From Candidatus Poribacteria bacterium (GTDB lineage Bacteria; Poribacteria; WGA-4E; WGA-3G), in NCBI GenBank assembly GCA_965214095.1, contig OZ243938.1, forward strand, positions 3,360,001-3,424,000: DNA of 64,000 bases. Direction: 5' to 3'. Below are positions 1 through 9,887 of this stretch, in pieces; positions within the stretch are counted from its first letter, which is position 1, and each line of letters starts with the position of its first letter. The translations under genes were made by a program, and so were the position numbers. The notes beneath the pieces were generated by a model. It did no database searches. It saw only the letters and a list, made by a program, of their open reading frames with translations, and had not been told where the DNA came from.

Positions 1-2086
1 ATTAGTCCGCCTGATATTGATATAGATTTTGCTGATCGCATTCGGGACGATGTTATTAATTATCTTGTCAAAAAATATGGTCATGACTCTGTGGGTAAAG
101 TTGCGACCTTTTCAACGATGGGTGCAAAGGTTGCTATCACGGATGTCGGGAAAGTTTTAGATATACCGATAGAAAACCTGAAAAAGTTGACAAGATTGGT
201 GAATCACCTGCCTGAACTTACCGTTCAGAATATTGTAAGACATGCCCCCAGTTTTAAGAAGTTAGTGAAATGTCCTGAATATAAAGAATTAATAGCCGTC
301 AGTAGAGAACTTGTGGGATTGAAAAGGCATGTATCGTCACACGCTTCTGCCATCGTTGTTTCAAATGGGTCGCTTAGCAATTATATGCCACTCTTTACAG
401 ATAAACATGGTCAAGTTGTGACACAGTTTGAAGGTAAAACTGTTGAAGATGTTGGCATCGTCAAATTTGATTCACTCGGTTTGAGAAGCCTGACAAAGAC
501 CGATGATTGTGTGAAAATGGTTAAATCCAACAGAGGTAAGGCAATAAAATTAGAAGATATTCCTTTTGATGATGCACAGACCTATCAACTCGTTGGTAAA
601 GGTTTAATCTCCGGTTTGTTCCAACTGGAAACTTCCGATGGTATGCGGCGGCTTGTAACAGAACTGAAAGCAGAGACCTTTCAGGATTTCTGTGCAATTG
701 CTGCAATTTACCGTCCCGGCCCGCTGCTCAGCGGTACAACGCAGCGATTTATCAACCGTAAAAATGGAAGGGAACAGGTTAAATCTGTACACCCGCTGCT
801 TAAGGAAACACTAAAAGACACGTACGGATTGTGTATTTACCAAGAACATGTGATGCAGATTGCCCGTGATATTGCGGGGTACACGCTCGGTGAAGCGGAT
901 GTTCTACGATATGCCATGGGACGCGTGAATAAACAACTTTTGAAAGATCAACGACAGAAGTTTCTTTCAGGTGCAATAAAGAACGGCATTTCCGATAAAG
1001 AGGCTGAAACTATCTTTGACATGATAGAACCCTTTGGTGGATACGCCTTCAATAAATCACACTCTGTTGCTTATGCTATAGTTACTTATAGGATGGCATA
1101 TCTAAAGGCGCATTACCCGCACGAATTTATGGCGGCGATTATGACAAGTGAGGCTGATTATACTCCCAGACTTATCGGCTATCGTGACGAATGTAGACAT
1201 TTGGCAAGGCATTTGGGTGTAGATATTAATTTACTTCCGCCAGACATCAATGTCAGTGATAAGTATTTTACGGTAAATGGCAATGCTATAAACTTCGGAC
1301 TCATTGTTATCAAAAATGTTGGTGGAAAAGCGATAGATGCGATCATAGCAGAACGAGAGGCAGGAGGCGTGTTCAGATCGCTACAAGATTTTTGCGAACG
1401 CGTGGATACGAGAGTTGTTAATATACGTGTAATTGAGAGTCTTATCTTATGTGGAGCTTTTGATCGCATTGATGCACATAGAGCAAAACTGGTCGCTAAC
1501 TTAGAAAAGATCATCAAAGTTTCCAGAGCAGTGAGAGCGTCACTGGCACGCGGGCAGCTAAGCCTCTTTCAGATAGACATTCCGCTTACGGATACGCCTG
1601 AATATGAACCGTTGGAACGATTCAAATATGAAAAGGATCTTCTCGGTTTTTATGTATCAGGTCACCCACTGACTGAATATGAGGACATTATCAAATACTT
1701 TACAACTGCCAATTCTCAAACGGTTCACGAACATAAACTTGATTCTATAGTGTCTATAGTTGGGATGGTAAAGAGCGGGAGAGTGAAGCACACAAAATCA
1801 AGTGGCACAACACTTCAACTTAAGATAGAAGACCTTGAAGGGTATGTAGAGGTATTTGCGCGTCAAGAGGTATTAGAAAAAGGGATGTCGGTTGAGAAGG
1901 GACAATTTGTTTGGATTGAGGGCAAAATCAGAAATATGCCGCGTGGTAGTAAGGGCAAAACAACAACAGAAAAACGGATATACGCAAGTAGGATTATGGA
2001 TATCACTGCTGTTACCGAGAATTTGACATCTGCGGTAGAGGTGAAAATAGCGGAGTCTGACATCAACAACCTGCAGAAACTGAAGG
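1..2086 (+). CDS. dnaE: DNA polymerase III alpha subunit, 5' part (partial at window edge, interrupted by IS607)
   Basis: Frame open from base 1 (ISPPDIDIDF catalytic motif), then FQLE, YRPGP, YQEHVM, YAFNKSH, LPPDIN, an internal QLSLF clamp motif and an OB fold. The stop at 2092-2094 lies inside the IS end. Confidence 0.93.
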
Positions 2087-2153
2087 TTGAGTAACAGTAT
2101 CTAAATATCTATATTTTTCTTGATATTTCTCTGGATTTATAGTATACTATTAT

Positions 2154-2741
2154 ATGGCTTATGTATCAGCACGTAAAGCAAGTGAACTGCTGGATTATAC
2201 CCCCGACCATTTAAGGAAGTTGGCAAATGAAGGAAAGATTGAATATATCCGCACAGGAGGCGGACACAGACGCTATGATGTTGAAGGATACATCAAAAGC
2301 AAATCCCAATCAATTGCAACTGTTTGCTACTGCAGAGTATCCAGCACGAAGCAAAGAGATGATCTTGAACGACAAGTTGAATATATGCGAAGCATCTACC
2401 CCTCAGCAGAAGTTATCAGAGACATCGGAAGTGGTATCAACTTCAAAAGGAAAGGGCTTAGAACCTTATTGGAACGGCTTATGCAAGGTGATAAGCTCCA
2501 AGTTGTTATTGCCCATCGGGATAGGCTCGCCCGATTCGGTATCGACCTTATACAATACCTCATTGAACAAAACGGTGGCGAACTCGTGGTTCTCGATCAA
2601 ACAGAACACAGTCCGCAAGAAGAACTCACTGCGGATCTTCTCGCAATCCTGCATGTCTTCAGTAGCCGGATGCACGGGCTCCGAAGTTACCGTGACAAAA
2701 TCAAAGAAGATAAGAGTTTATCCGACAACAGAACAACGTGA
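2154..2741 (+). CDS. tnpA: IS607 serine-recombinase transposase
   Basis: N-terminal MerR-like HTH (RTGGGHRRY), YCRVSS catalytic Ser motif, DIGSG and HRDRLARFG. Confidence 0.95.
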   Translation: MAYVSARKASELLDYTPDHLRKLANEGKIEYIRTGGGHRRYDVEGYIKSKSQSIATVCYCRVSSTKQRDDLERQVEYMRSIYPSAEVIRDIGSGINFKRKGLRTLLERLMQGDKLQVVIAHRDRLARFGIDLIQYLIEQNGGELVVLDQTEHSPQEELTADLLAILHVFSSRMHGLRSYRDKIKEDKSLSDNRTT

Positions 2742-3809
2742 AACACTGCGTCAGTGGTTTGGCACAGCACGTTTTACCTACAACAAAACGGTTGTTTTGT
2801 TGAACGAAACAGACACAAAGGCACATTGGAAAGCGATAAAAACAGGCATTCTTCACGATCTACCTGATTGGAGCAAAGAAACGCCGTATCAGATAAAGTC
2901 TATTGCTATCCGTGATGCTTGTATTGCTGTTAGAGAAGCGAAGCAAAAATGTCAAAAAACAGGTAAGTTTCAATCTGTGTCTTTCAAATCTAAACGGCAT
3001 CCCTCAGATAGTATTTTCATGCCAAAATCTGCTATAAAACCACGCGGTGTCTATCACACCTTACTTGGTGATCTAAAGATGTCAGAAATGTTGCCTGATA
3101 ATATCTCTGACTCCCGACTTGTGAAAAAGAATGACAAATACTATTTATGTGTATCTTATACTGTGACAACTCCGAAGCGAAAGCCAAACGGACGTGTTGT
3201 TGCTTTAGACCCTGGCGTGAGAACATTCCTCACATATTTTCATGAGCGTGGTTTCGGATGGCTTGGACACCATGCTATTAATCGGATTCAAAGACTTTGT
3301 TCATATCTCGATGACCTATTATCTCGTGCAGCTAAAGCAGGTAGACAATCACGCAAGAATATGAGACGTGCTGCAAACAGAATACGCACACGTATAAAAA
3401 ATCTTGTAGATGAATTGCATCATAAAGTCGCACGATACCTTGTGGATACCTTTGATATTATCTTACTCCCAACGTTTGAGACTTCAGATATGGTAATGCG
3501 TGGAAAACGAAAACTACGAAAGAGGTCTGTCCGACAAATGTTGACACTCTCTCACTACAGATTCAAACAGTTCCTAAAACATAAAGCGAAAGAAACTGGA
3601 TCTATCGTCGTTGATGTCTGTGAAGCATACACATCAAAACAGTTTCTTGGAATGGTGAGATGAGAAAATCACTCGGCGGACGCAAGATAATCAAAGATAG
3701 CATAGGACGCAAGATGAACAGAGACTTGAATGGCGCACGTGGGATATTCCTGCGTGCTTTGGTAGATGAACCCTGGTTACTCTCTATGAGTAACTTGCAA
3801 ACCGTATAA
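2227..3809 (+). pseudogene. tnpB: IS607 TnpB RNA-guided nuclease, frameshifted near 3636-3640
   Basis: KIRVYPT, ALDPGVRTF and CEAYTSK motifs. It has one A fewer than copy 2 (TCAAAACAG vs TCAAAAACAG), which moves DRDLNGARGI out of frame. Start codon uncertain. Confidence 0.85.
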
Positions 3810-3859
3810 GATGTGAAATACATAGTATCGCACGGATATATACAGGTTAATATCATCGG
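3790..3859 (+). ncRNA. 3' part of putative omegaRNA scaffold, copy 1
   Basis: Right-end stems (AACC-GTATA/TATAC-A-GGTT; ATAC/GTAT) conserved with copy 2. The 5' boundary is unknown. Confidence 0.55.
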
Positions 3860-4068
3860 CTTTACAGGATATTGCACTTACTAACAGTGGGGACCTCCAT
3901 TTAATCCTGCGACTCGCGAGTCCGCGTTATGGTGATGTGATTGTACGGTGTGGTATGGCATATAAGATCGCTAATGATGATACTGTTTTTAAACAGGTGA
4001 ACAAACTGTTTGGAGAGAATAGCATTAAACGTAGCAATCGCACGCAACGTTTTAGGCGGAATCCGTAG
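3860..4068 (+). CDS. dnaE: dnaE 3' remainder (C-terminal ~69 aa) separated by IS607
   Basis: Joining 2086 to 3860 gives ...LQKLK-ALQDIALTNSGDLHLILRL...KLFGENSI...NP*, which resembles a DnaE C-terminal domain. Confidence 0.8.
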
Positions 4069-4186
4069 GTGTTGTCTGAACCAGGATTTTCAGGATTAGA
4101 GTTTGGTTCTGTGAAGTCCCTATCTAAAACTCGACCACTATCTTTTGAATGACATTTATAATACCATTATAACCCTGCTCTATCCA

Positions 4187-4378
4187 CAGGGTTATTTAGT
4201 TTTAATAATTTTCAATCGATGAACGTTACTAAGAGTTTATATCGTAGGTCGGGTAGAGCGTTAGCGAAACCCGACACGTTCAATGCTTGTCGGGTTTCGC
4301 TAACGCTCTACCCGACCTACAGGTGTTATATTGAAATGTGAAAAATATAGCAGAAAAACTTAAAACTACATAACACTG
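4187..4378. mobile_element. 192-bp MITE (CAGGG TIRs) carrying an inverted REP pair
   Basis: TIR CAGGGTTATTTAGTTTT, flanking CTCTATCCA duplication, internal GTAGGTCGGGTAGAGCG...CCCGACCTAC (4244-4320). Near-identical copy at 62788-62979. Confidence 0.85.
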
Positions 4379-4486
4379 TCTCTATCCAGAATCTCTTTCT
4401 ATACAAGTTTGAATTGTGATATAATAGTTTTAGAATATAGACAATCTATTGATGATACCTTGTAAAAGCAATGAAGGAGCATTCGG

Positions 4487-4954
4487 ATGTCAAATGAAGG
4501 AAGACGTTCTTTTTTACAAATCGCATCGGCTTTCATCGGTGGGTTAATTGGCTTAGCTGCCGGTATTCCACTGATCGGATTTGCAATCTCACCTGCGTGG
4601 AAAAAAGAAGAATCGCAGTGGGTTGACCTCGGTTTGGTAGACCGTCTAAAAAACAGCCGCTTCAAAAAAGTAAATTATACTTTCACAGCAAAAGATGGTT
4701 GGGTGAAAGCAACGAAAAAACGTTCTGTCTATGTGACGGATGTTGGTAATGGGGAGTGGGATGTCTTTTCACGGACGTGTTCACATCTCGGTTGCCTTGT
4801 CCGATGGAACGAGAGCCAAGAAGCCTTCCTCTGCCCGTGTCACGGTGCGGTGTTTGATAAGGACGGAGCTGTTGTTGCAGGTCCACCACCAAAACCTTTG
4901 CAAAAACTTGAGGTCAAAGTAGAAGCCGGCGTTTTATATGTAAAGGAGGCGTAA
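4487..4954 (+). CDS. Rieske iron-sulfur subunit of a cytochrome bc complex
   Basis: Tat-like RRSFL plus TM, CSHLGC and CPCHG motifs. Confidence 0.93.
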   Translation: MSNEGRRSFLQIASAFIGGLIGLAAGIPLIGFAISPAWKKEESQWVDLGLVDRLKNSRFKKVNYTFTAKDGWVKATKKRSVYVTDVGNGEWDVFSRTCSHLGCLVRWNESQEAFLCPCHGAVFDKDGAVVAGPPPKPLQKLEVKVEAGVLYVKEA

Positions 4955-6154
4955 GTGAAGCAATTTCTAAATGATCGTCTCCCGTTAGATGGGATGATGG
5001 CACATCTGCGAAAACCGCTGCCGAAACATATCAATCTGCTTTTCTCACTAGGCAGCTTAGCCGTGTTCCTGCTACTGCTACAAGCAGTGACAGGTGCATT
5101 CTTAGCCATGTCCTATTCTCCTTCACCAGACCATGCCCACAATGCTGTGACATATATCAGCGAAGAGATGCCTTTCGGTAGTTTTGTGCGCGGATTACAT
5201 CATTGGGGTGCCAGTGCGATGGTCATCATCGTCTTTCTCCATATACTCCGGGTCGTGCTATATGGGTCATATAAGGCACCGCGCGAACTTACGTGGGTTG
5301 TCGGTGTGCTTCTGTTTCTGGTAACGCTCGGTTTCGGATTTACAGGCTATTTACTGCCGTGGGATGAAAAGGCGTATTGGGCAACAGTTGTCGGTGTAGA
5401 AATTGCAGGCACCGCACCTGTGTTGGGTGAAGTGGTTGCGAAAGTGATGCGCGGTGGTGCTGAAATTGGTGCGGTAACACTATCACGATTTTACGCACTG
5501 CATACGATATGGCTGCCCTGGATTGCATTCGGTTTAGTCGGTGTACACCTTTTCCTTGTCCGATATTACGGATCATCAGGATTACCGAAAAATACATCAG
5601 AGGAGATGAGAACCGGCAAACCTTTCTTTCCGGATCAGGTATTTGAAGATGTTGTCGGTATGTTCATTCTGTTTGTCGTGCTTGCTTGTGCTGCGTTGTT
5701 CGCTGAAGTCCCGCTTGAGAAAGTTGCAGACCCAACAAACGCAAATTACGATCCGCGTCCCGAATGGTATTTCCTATTCCTCTTTCAACTGCTGAAATAC
5801 TTCCAGGGTCCATTTGAAATCCTTGGCACGTTTGTGATCCCGACAGTCGGCATGTTGCTACTGCTATTCCTCCCGTTCTTAGACAGGAGTGAACGTAAAG
5901 TTCTTTGGAAACGTCCGATTGCACTCACAGTAACAACAGTGTCTGTCGTTGCGATTGTTGGGTTGACGATACTCGGTGCAACTGCTCCGAAACTTGATAT
6001 GCAGGAAGAAACACCTCCCACAGAAGAAGTGCAACAAGTCACTCCACCTGATACACAAATGCCAGATTCAGATGAAGAGGAAGATGTGTTTGAATTCAAT
6101 TTGACTGAGGAGGAAATTGATGCGGCACAAGAGGTGGAAGGAGAATCGGAATAA
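4955..6154 (+). CDS. Cytochrome b (fused b6 + subunit IV type) with acidic tail
   Basis: RGLHHWGAS, GYLLPWD and PEWYF motifs. Directly follows the Rieske gene. Confidence 0.93.
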   Translation: MKQFLNDRLPLDGMMAHLRKPLPKHINLLFSLGSLAVFLLLLQAVTGAFLAMSYSPSPDHAHNAVTYISEEMPFGSFVRGLHHWGASAMVIIVFLHILRVVLYGSYKAPRELTWVVGVLLFLVTLGFGFTGYLLPWDEKAYWATVVGVEIAGTAPVLGEVVAKVMRGGAEIGAVTLSRFYALHTIWLPWIAFGLVGVHLFLVRYYGSSGLPKNTSEEMRTGKPFFPDQVFEDVVGMFILFVVLACAALFAEVPLEKVADPTNANYDPRPEWYFLFLFQLLKYFQGPFEILGTFVIPTVGMLLLLFLPFLDRSERKVLWKRPIALTVTTVSVVAIVGLTILGATAPKLDMQEETPPTEEVQQVTPPDTQMPDSDEEEDVFEFNLTEEEIDAAQEVEGESE

Positions 6155-6174
6155 CTTATCTGAAAAGTCACAAT

Positions 6175-7467
6175 ATGGAAGAACAACTCACACTTTTTCC
6201 CATAGATACCGAGTTTGAAGTCACAAAAGGGAGGATGACATCTGACAAGGTAGAATTTGTCTCCTTCCGCGAGTTAGTTCCAGAAATCACCGATACCGGC
6301 TACCTAACACATGCCATCGTATCTTATCCCGCAAAATTCATTCCGCAAGTTGTCAGATATGCAATCAATACCTACACGAAAGAAGATGACTGGATCATTG
6401 ATCCATTCGCAGGTTCTGGCACTGTAGGCGTAGAAGCGTATCTCTGCAAACGCAATGCACTTCTCTATGACCTGAACCTACTCCTAAATCACATCATGCC
6501 TTTGAAAGTCTATCGTGGAGAAGCACGGTTAAGTAAAGAAAATCTCTGTAAATTACTGGACGACATGCAGAACAGTAAGACACATCAGTTCACACCTGCC
6601 TGGTCCAATGTTGAATACTGGTACGCACCTGAAATTTTGGCACTGCTCTCACAATATTGGGGATATATACACAGCATAGATCAAGATGTCTATACAGGTA
6701 TAATCAAATCAGCACTGCTAAAGGTTAGCAAACGGTTCTCTTTCACTGAGCATAGAACACCAAAGTTAGCGAGATCTAAACGAAAATTAGCAGCAATAGA
6801 TGAATTGCTTCAGGAAAATTGGGAGGCGCAGCTGAATCAGATGGTTCATGACCACTCCTTGAAAACACTTACAGCCATCAACAACTTTATGATGCATACA
6901 CGGAATCGTCAGAATCATGTTGAATTTCAGGGAGGCGTGGATTCCTCCTATATTGAAGTGCCACGCGAATGTGACGCATTGATAACATCACCACCCTATC
7001 TACAAGCACAGGAATATATCCGCTCTACAAAGTTGTATCTCTTTTGGTTAGGGCACACTGAGGAAGAGGTTCGCGAGTTATCCCGTCTTGAAATTCCGTA
7101 TCGAAAGGCAGATAGGATAATCCATACCGAGACATTGGATACAGTCAGAGAGCAGTTGACTCGAAAAGATCTGATTAACCGTCTTGACTCATACTTTTGC
7201 CACACGATAAATGCACTTGAAAATGCTATGAGCAGCTTGAAACCTAACGCAGCCGCATGCATTTTCGTCGGTAATCCCCGTATTGATGGAATAACCGTTG
7301 AGTTGTGGAGAATCCTGTCGGAATACTTCACAGAACGAGGGTTTTCGCACGAAAAAGTTTATGAAGATAGGATAAAAACACGGCAGCTGTTCGGTGTGCG
7401 GAAGAATAAGAACCCTGATGGAATGAAGTCAGAATACTTGCTAATCCTGAAAAAAGCAAATGTTTGA
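6175..7467 (+). CDS. Amino-DNA methyltransferase (N4-C/N6-A type), no adjacent endonuclease
   Basis: YPAKFIP, DPFAGSGT (motif I) and ITSPPY (motif IV). Confidence 0.85.
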   Translation: MEEQLTLFPIDTEFEVTKGRMTSDKVEFVSFRELVPEITDTGYLTHAIVSYPAKFIPQVVRYAINTYTKEDDWIIDPFAGSGTVGVEAYLCKRNALLYDLNLLLNHIMPLKVYRGEARLSKENLCKLLDDMQNSKTHQFTPAWSNVEYWYAPEILALLSQYWGYIHSIDQDVYTGIIKSALLKVSKRFSFTEHRTPKLARSKRKLAAIDELLQENWEAQLNQMVHDHSLKTLTAINNFMMHTRNRQNHVEFQGGVDSSYIEVPRECDALITSPPYLQAQEYIRSTKLYLFWLGHTEEEVRELSRLEIPYRKADRIIHTETLDTVREQLTRKDLINRLDSYFCHTINALENAMSSLKPNAAACIFVGNPRIDGITVELWRILSEYFTERGFSHEKVYEDRIKTRQLFGVRKNKNPDGMKSEYLLILKKANV

Positions 7468-7500
7468 AACATTTCAAAAAATCAAGTGGGGAGACAGTCA

Positions 7501-9768
7501 ATGAGAACCTTAGTTGGCACATTCTTATCAATTTTGATATTGATCTCATCCAACGGGTACACACAAGAGTATACAACATGGGGACTACCAGAAGGAGCTA
7601 AAGCGCGCCTTGGTAAAGGGGAGGTAACTACAATCGCATTCTCTCCAGACGGTTCAAAACTCGCAGCGGCGAGTTCTGTTGGGATTTGGATTTATGATGT
7701 CCATACTGGTAAAGAACTCGCGCTCCTTCCATCACATAGTGGAGTGATATCCAGTCCAAAACAGATTTATTCTACCGCAACAAGTAAGAGTGTAATTCCA
7801 ACTATTAATACTGTTGTATTTTCTCCGAACGGTCAATTACTGGCAAGCGCAAGTTTAGACAGGACTATTAGTGTATACGATCTCTCAACTTATCGACTAC
7901 GCCACACGTTCAACAAAAACGAAAAAAGCAAACTTTATTTATCAGCAAGAAAACCACTCGTTGTGTTGGCTTTTTCTGCTGATGGACAGACCCTTACAAG
8001 TCTACATAAAACTGATCAACGTAGGATGAAAGTGTGGGATATCAACTCAGGGAAAATGATTTCTGAGGTATCTGGTCGTATCGGTGATAGAACTAAACAA
8101 GACGATAATCCCTTGCAGGTGTTGGCACTCTCACCTGGTGGATCTACCTTCGCTGCAACAAAATCAAGAATTACACATGTTAATGATATACCTGAAACAG
8201 AGATAGCGTTTGGTAATGTTCGCACTGGAGAACTGGAACTCCCACAGATTAGAGTTAGGTTAATTCCACCTGATCCACTAAAAAATATGAATACGGAATC
8301 GGTACATCCGATTAGCGATCTGATATTCTCTCCAGACGGAACAATGCTGGCAGGAATAGAAACCAGAACGAGTAGAGCAGGGAATCGGGCAACAATCCAA
8401 AATAATAGGATTACTAAACACACCTCTGTCCGATTCTGGTATGTGAACACAGGACGCGAAGCCTCCTCCATAATTCCACAGCAAGCAGATAGTTACCGAA
8501 AGGTATTATTCACTGCGTTTTCACCCAATGGTCTAAGGTTTGCCACCGTTAATCAAGGAACTAACATAGCACAAATCTGGGATGTTGAAACAGGCAAGTT
8601 ACTATCAACTATCACCGTTCAAACGCCTGAGTTTGCATCACCTTGGCATAAGAGTAGTATAAACACATTTGCTTTTCACCCTACGGAAAATACACTTGCT
8701 GTTGCAGCACATGAAAGAACGAATGGAGTAAACACTACCCTCCAATTGTGGAACATAAACACGGGTATACATATTTCAACTCTCTCAGTACATCCAATGC
8801 TATACCCTTATGTGATACATGAAGATTCTATGTTATGTATTAATGGTTTTAATTTCCAAGTCCGAGATGTCAACACTGGTAGGGAGTTGCAAGATTTAAA
8901 TCAGATATGGGAAAATCTCTTTGAACATTTCAAGAAAGTTGATAAGGTTCAGATATATATTGCTTTATCGGATTACAAAACCTATGCTTTCGCTGCTGAA
9001 AATGGTTCTTTGGAATTGTGGAACATGCAGACAAAAGAACGACTCCACAAACTTAGAGGTCATAAGTCGAAAATAAATACATTGGCTATTTCCAAAGATG
9101 GCACTATCCTTGCCAGTGGTAGCCAAGATAAAACTATACGGTTGTGGGATACTCGCACTGGCACACAAATCCGAATTCTTACGAAACATGTAAAATCAGG
9201 TAAAAGTCAGGTGTTGTCAAACGGATATAAACGGTCAAGTGCTGAATTGGTCAATAATTTAGAATTTTCAATGGACGGTAAAATACTTGCCGCTGCAAGT
9301 GAGCATGGTACAATCTGGTTGTATGAACTCAGCACTGGTAAATTGCTAACGACATTTACCGCACAGGAAGCAGCAGCCGATGGACTCATGACTGGAACAG
9401 GTTTATCAAAAATCGGGCTAACATTCTCTCCAGATTCAAAACGTTTTGCAAGTGGAGGCATAGATGGACAGGTAATAGTATCTGAAGTTAGTAGTGATCC
9501 AACGCCTCTATTTCAATATGAACATGATTGGTCGGCACAGACACTCGCATTCTCTTCTGATGGTAAACTTCTTGCCAGTGGCAGTAGAGATACAACCATA
9601 CGTATATGGAATACCGAAACTAAGACTGAATTAGGAGTTCTCAGAGGACATGTAGGTGCAATTCTTACATTGGGATTTTCCAAGGACGCATCAACACTTG
9701 TCAGTGGTAGTTCCGATGGCACAATCCTTCTATGGGATTGTGAAAGAATTGCTGATATGGATCAGTAA
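7501..9768 (+). CDS. Secreted WD40-repeat protein
   Basis: Signal peptide and repeated FSPDG..LAS..D.TI.LWD units. Confidence 0.9.
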   Translation: MRTLVGTFLSILILISSNGYTQEYTTWGLPEGAKARLGKGEVTTIAFSPDGSKLAAASSVGIWIYDVHTGKELALLPSHSGVISSPKQIYSTATSKSVIPTINTVVFSPNGQLLASASLDRTISVYDLSTYRLRHTFNKNEKSKLYLSARKPLVVLAFSADGQTLTSLHKTDQRRMKVWDINSGKMISEVSGRIGDRTKQDDNPLQVLALSPGGSTFAATKSRITHVNDIPETEIAFGNVRTGELELPQIRVRLIPPDPLKNMNTESVHPISDLIFSPDGTMLAGIETRTSRAGNRATIQNNRITKHTSVRFWYVNTGREASSIIPQQADSYRKVLFTAFSPNGLRFATVNQGTNIAQIWDVETGKLLSTITVQTPEFASPWHKSSINTFAFHPTENTLAVAAHERTNGVNTTLQLWNINTGIHISTLSVHPMLYPYVIHEDSMLCINGFNFQVRDVNTGRELQDLNQIWENLFEHFKKVDKVQIYIALSDYKTYAFAAENGSLELWNMQTKERLHKLRGHKSKINTLAISKDGTILASGSQDKTIRLWDTRTGTQIRILTKHVKSGKSQVLSNGYKRSSAELVNNLEFSMDGKILAAASEHGTIWLYELSTGKLLTTFTAQEAAADGLMTGTGLSKIGLTFSPDSKRFASGGIDGQVIVSEVSSDPTPLFQYEHDWSAQTLAFSSDGKLLASGSRDTTIRIWNTETKTELGVLRGHVGAILTLGFSKDASTLVSGSSDGTILLWDCERIADMDQ

Positions 9769-9806
9769 CCCAGACGATCCTCAATTCAGACCAACCCCAT
9801 TTTTCA

Positions 9807-9835
9807 TTGACACTTCCCCCTGTATGTTGTAAAAT
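9807..9835 (+). promoter_or_regulatory. Sigma70-type promoter for sppA
   Basis: TTGACA-17 nt-TAAAAT. Confidence 0.55.
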
Positions 9836-9887
9836 AGAACAAAAATAATAGCGACGATCCTATCATCATCGTCAGCAAGGAGACATC

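Larger units (their letters stand above)
2087..3859 (+). mobile_element. IS607-family element, copy 1 (tnpA + tnpB)
   Basis: Ends defined by identity with copy 2 (left TTGAGTAACAGTATCTAAA, right CAGGTTAATATCATCGG). GG at both junctions (2085-2086, 3858-3859), no TIRs. Confidence 0.93.

Noticed and set aside
2087-3859. IStron (group I intron-IS607 hybrid) explaining tolerance inside dnaE
   Set aside because: Only 67 nt lie between the left end and tnpA, leaving no room for a group I intron core, and the upstream exon ends in G rather than the usual U.
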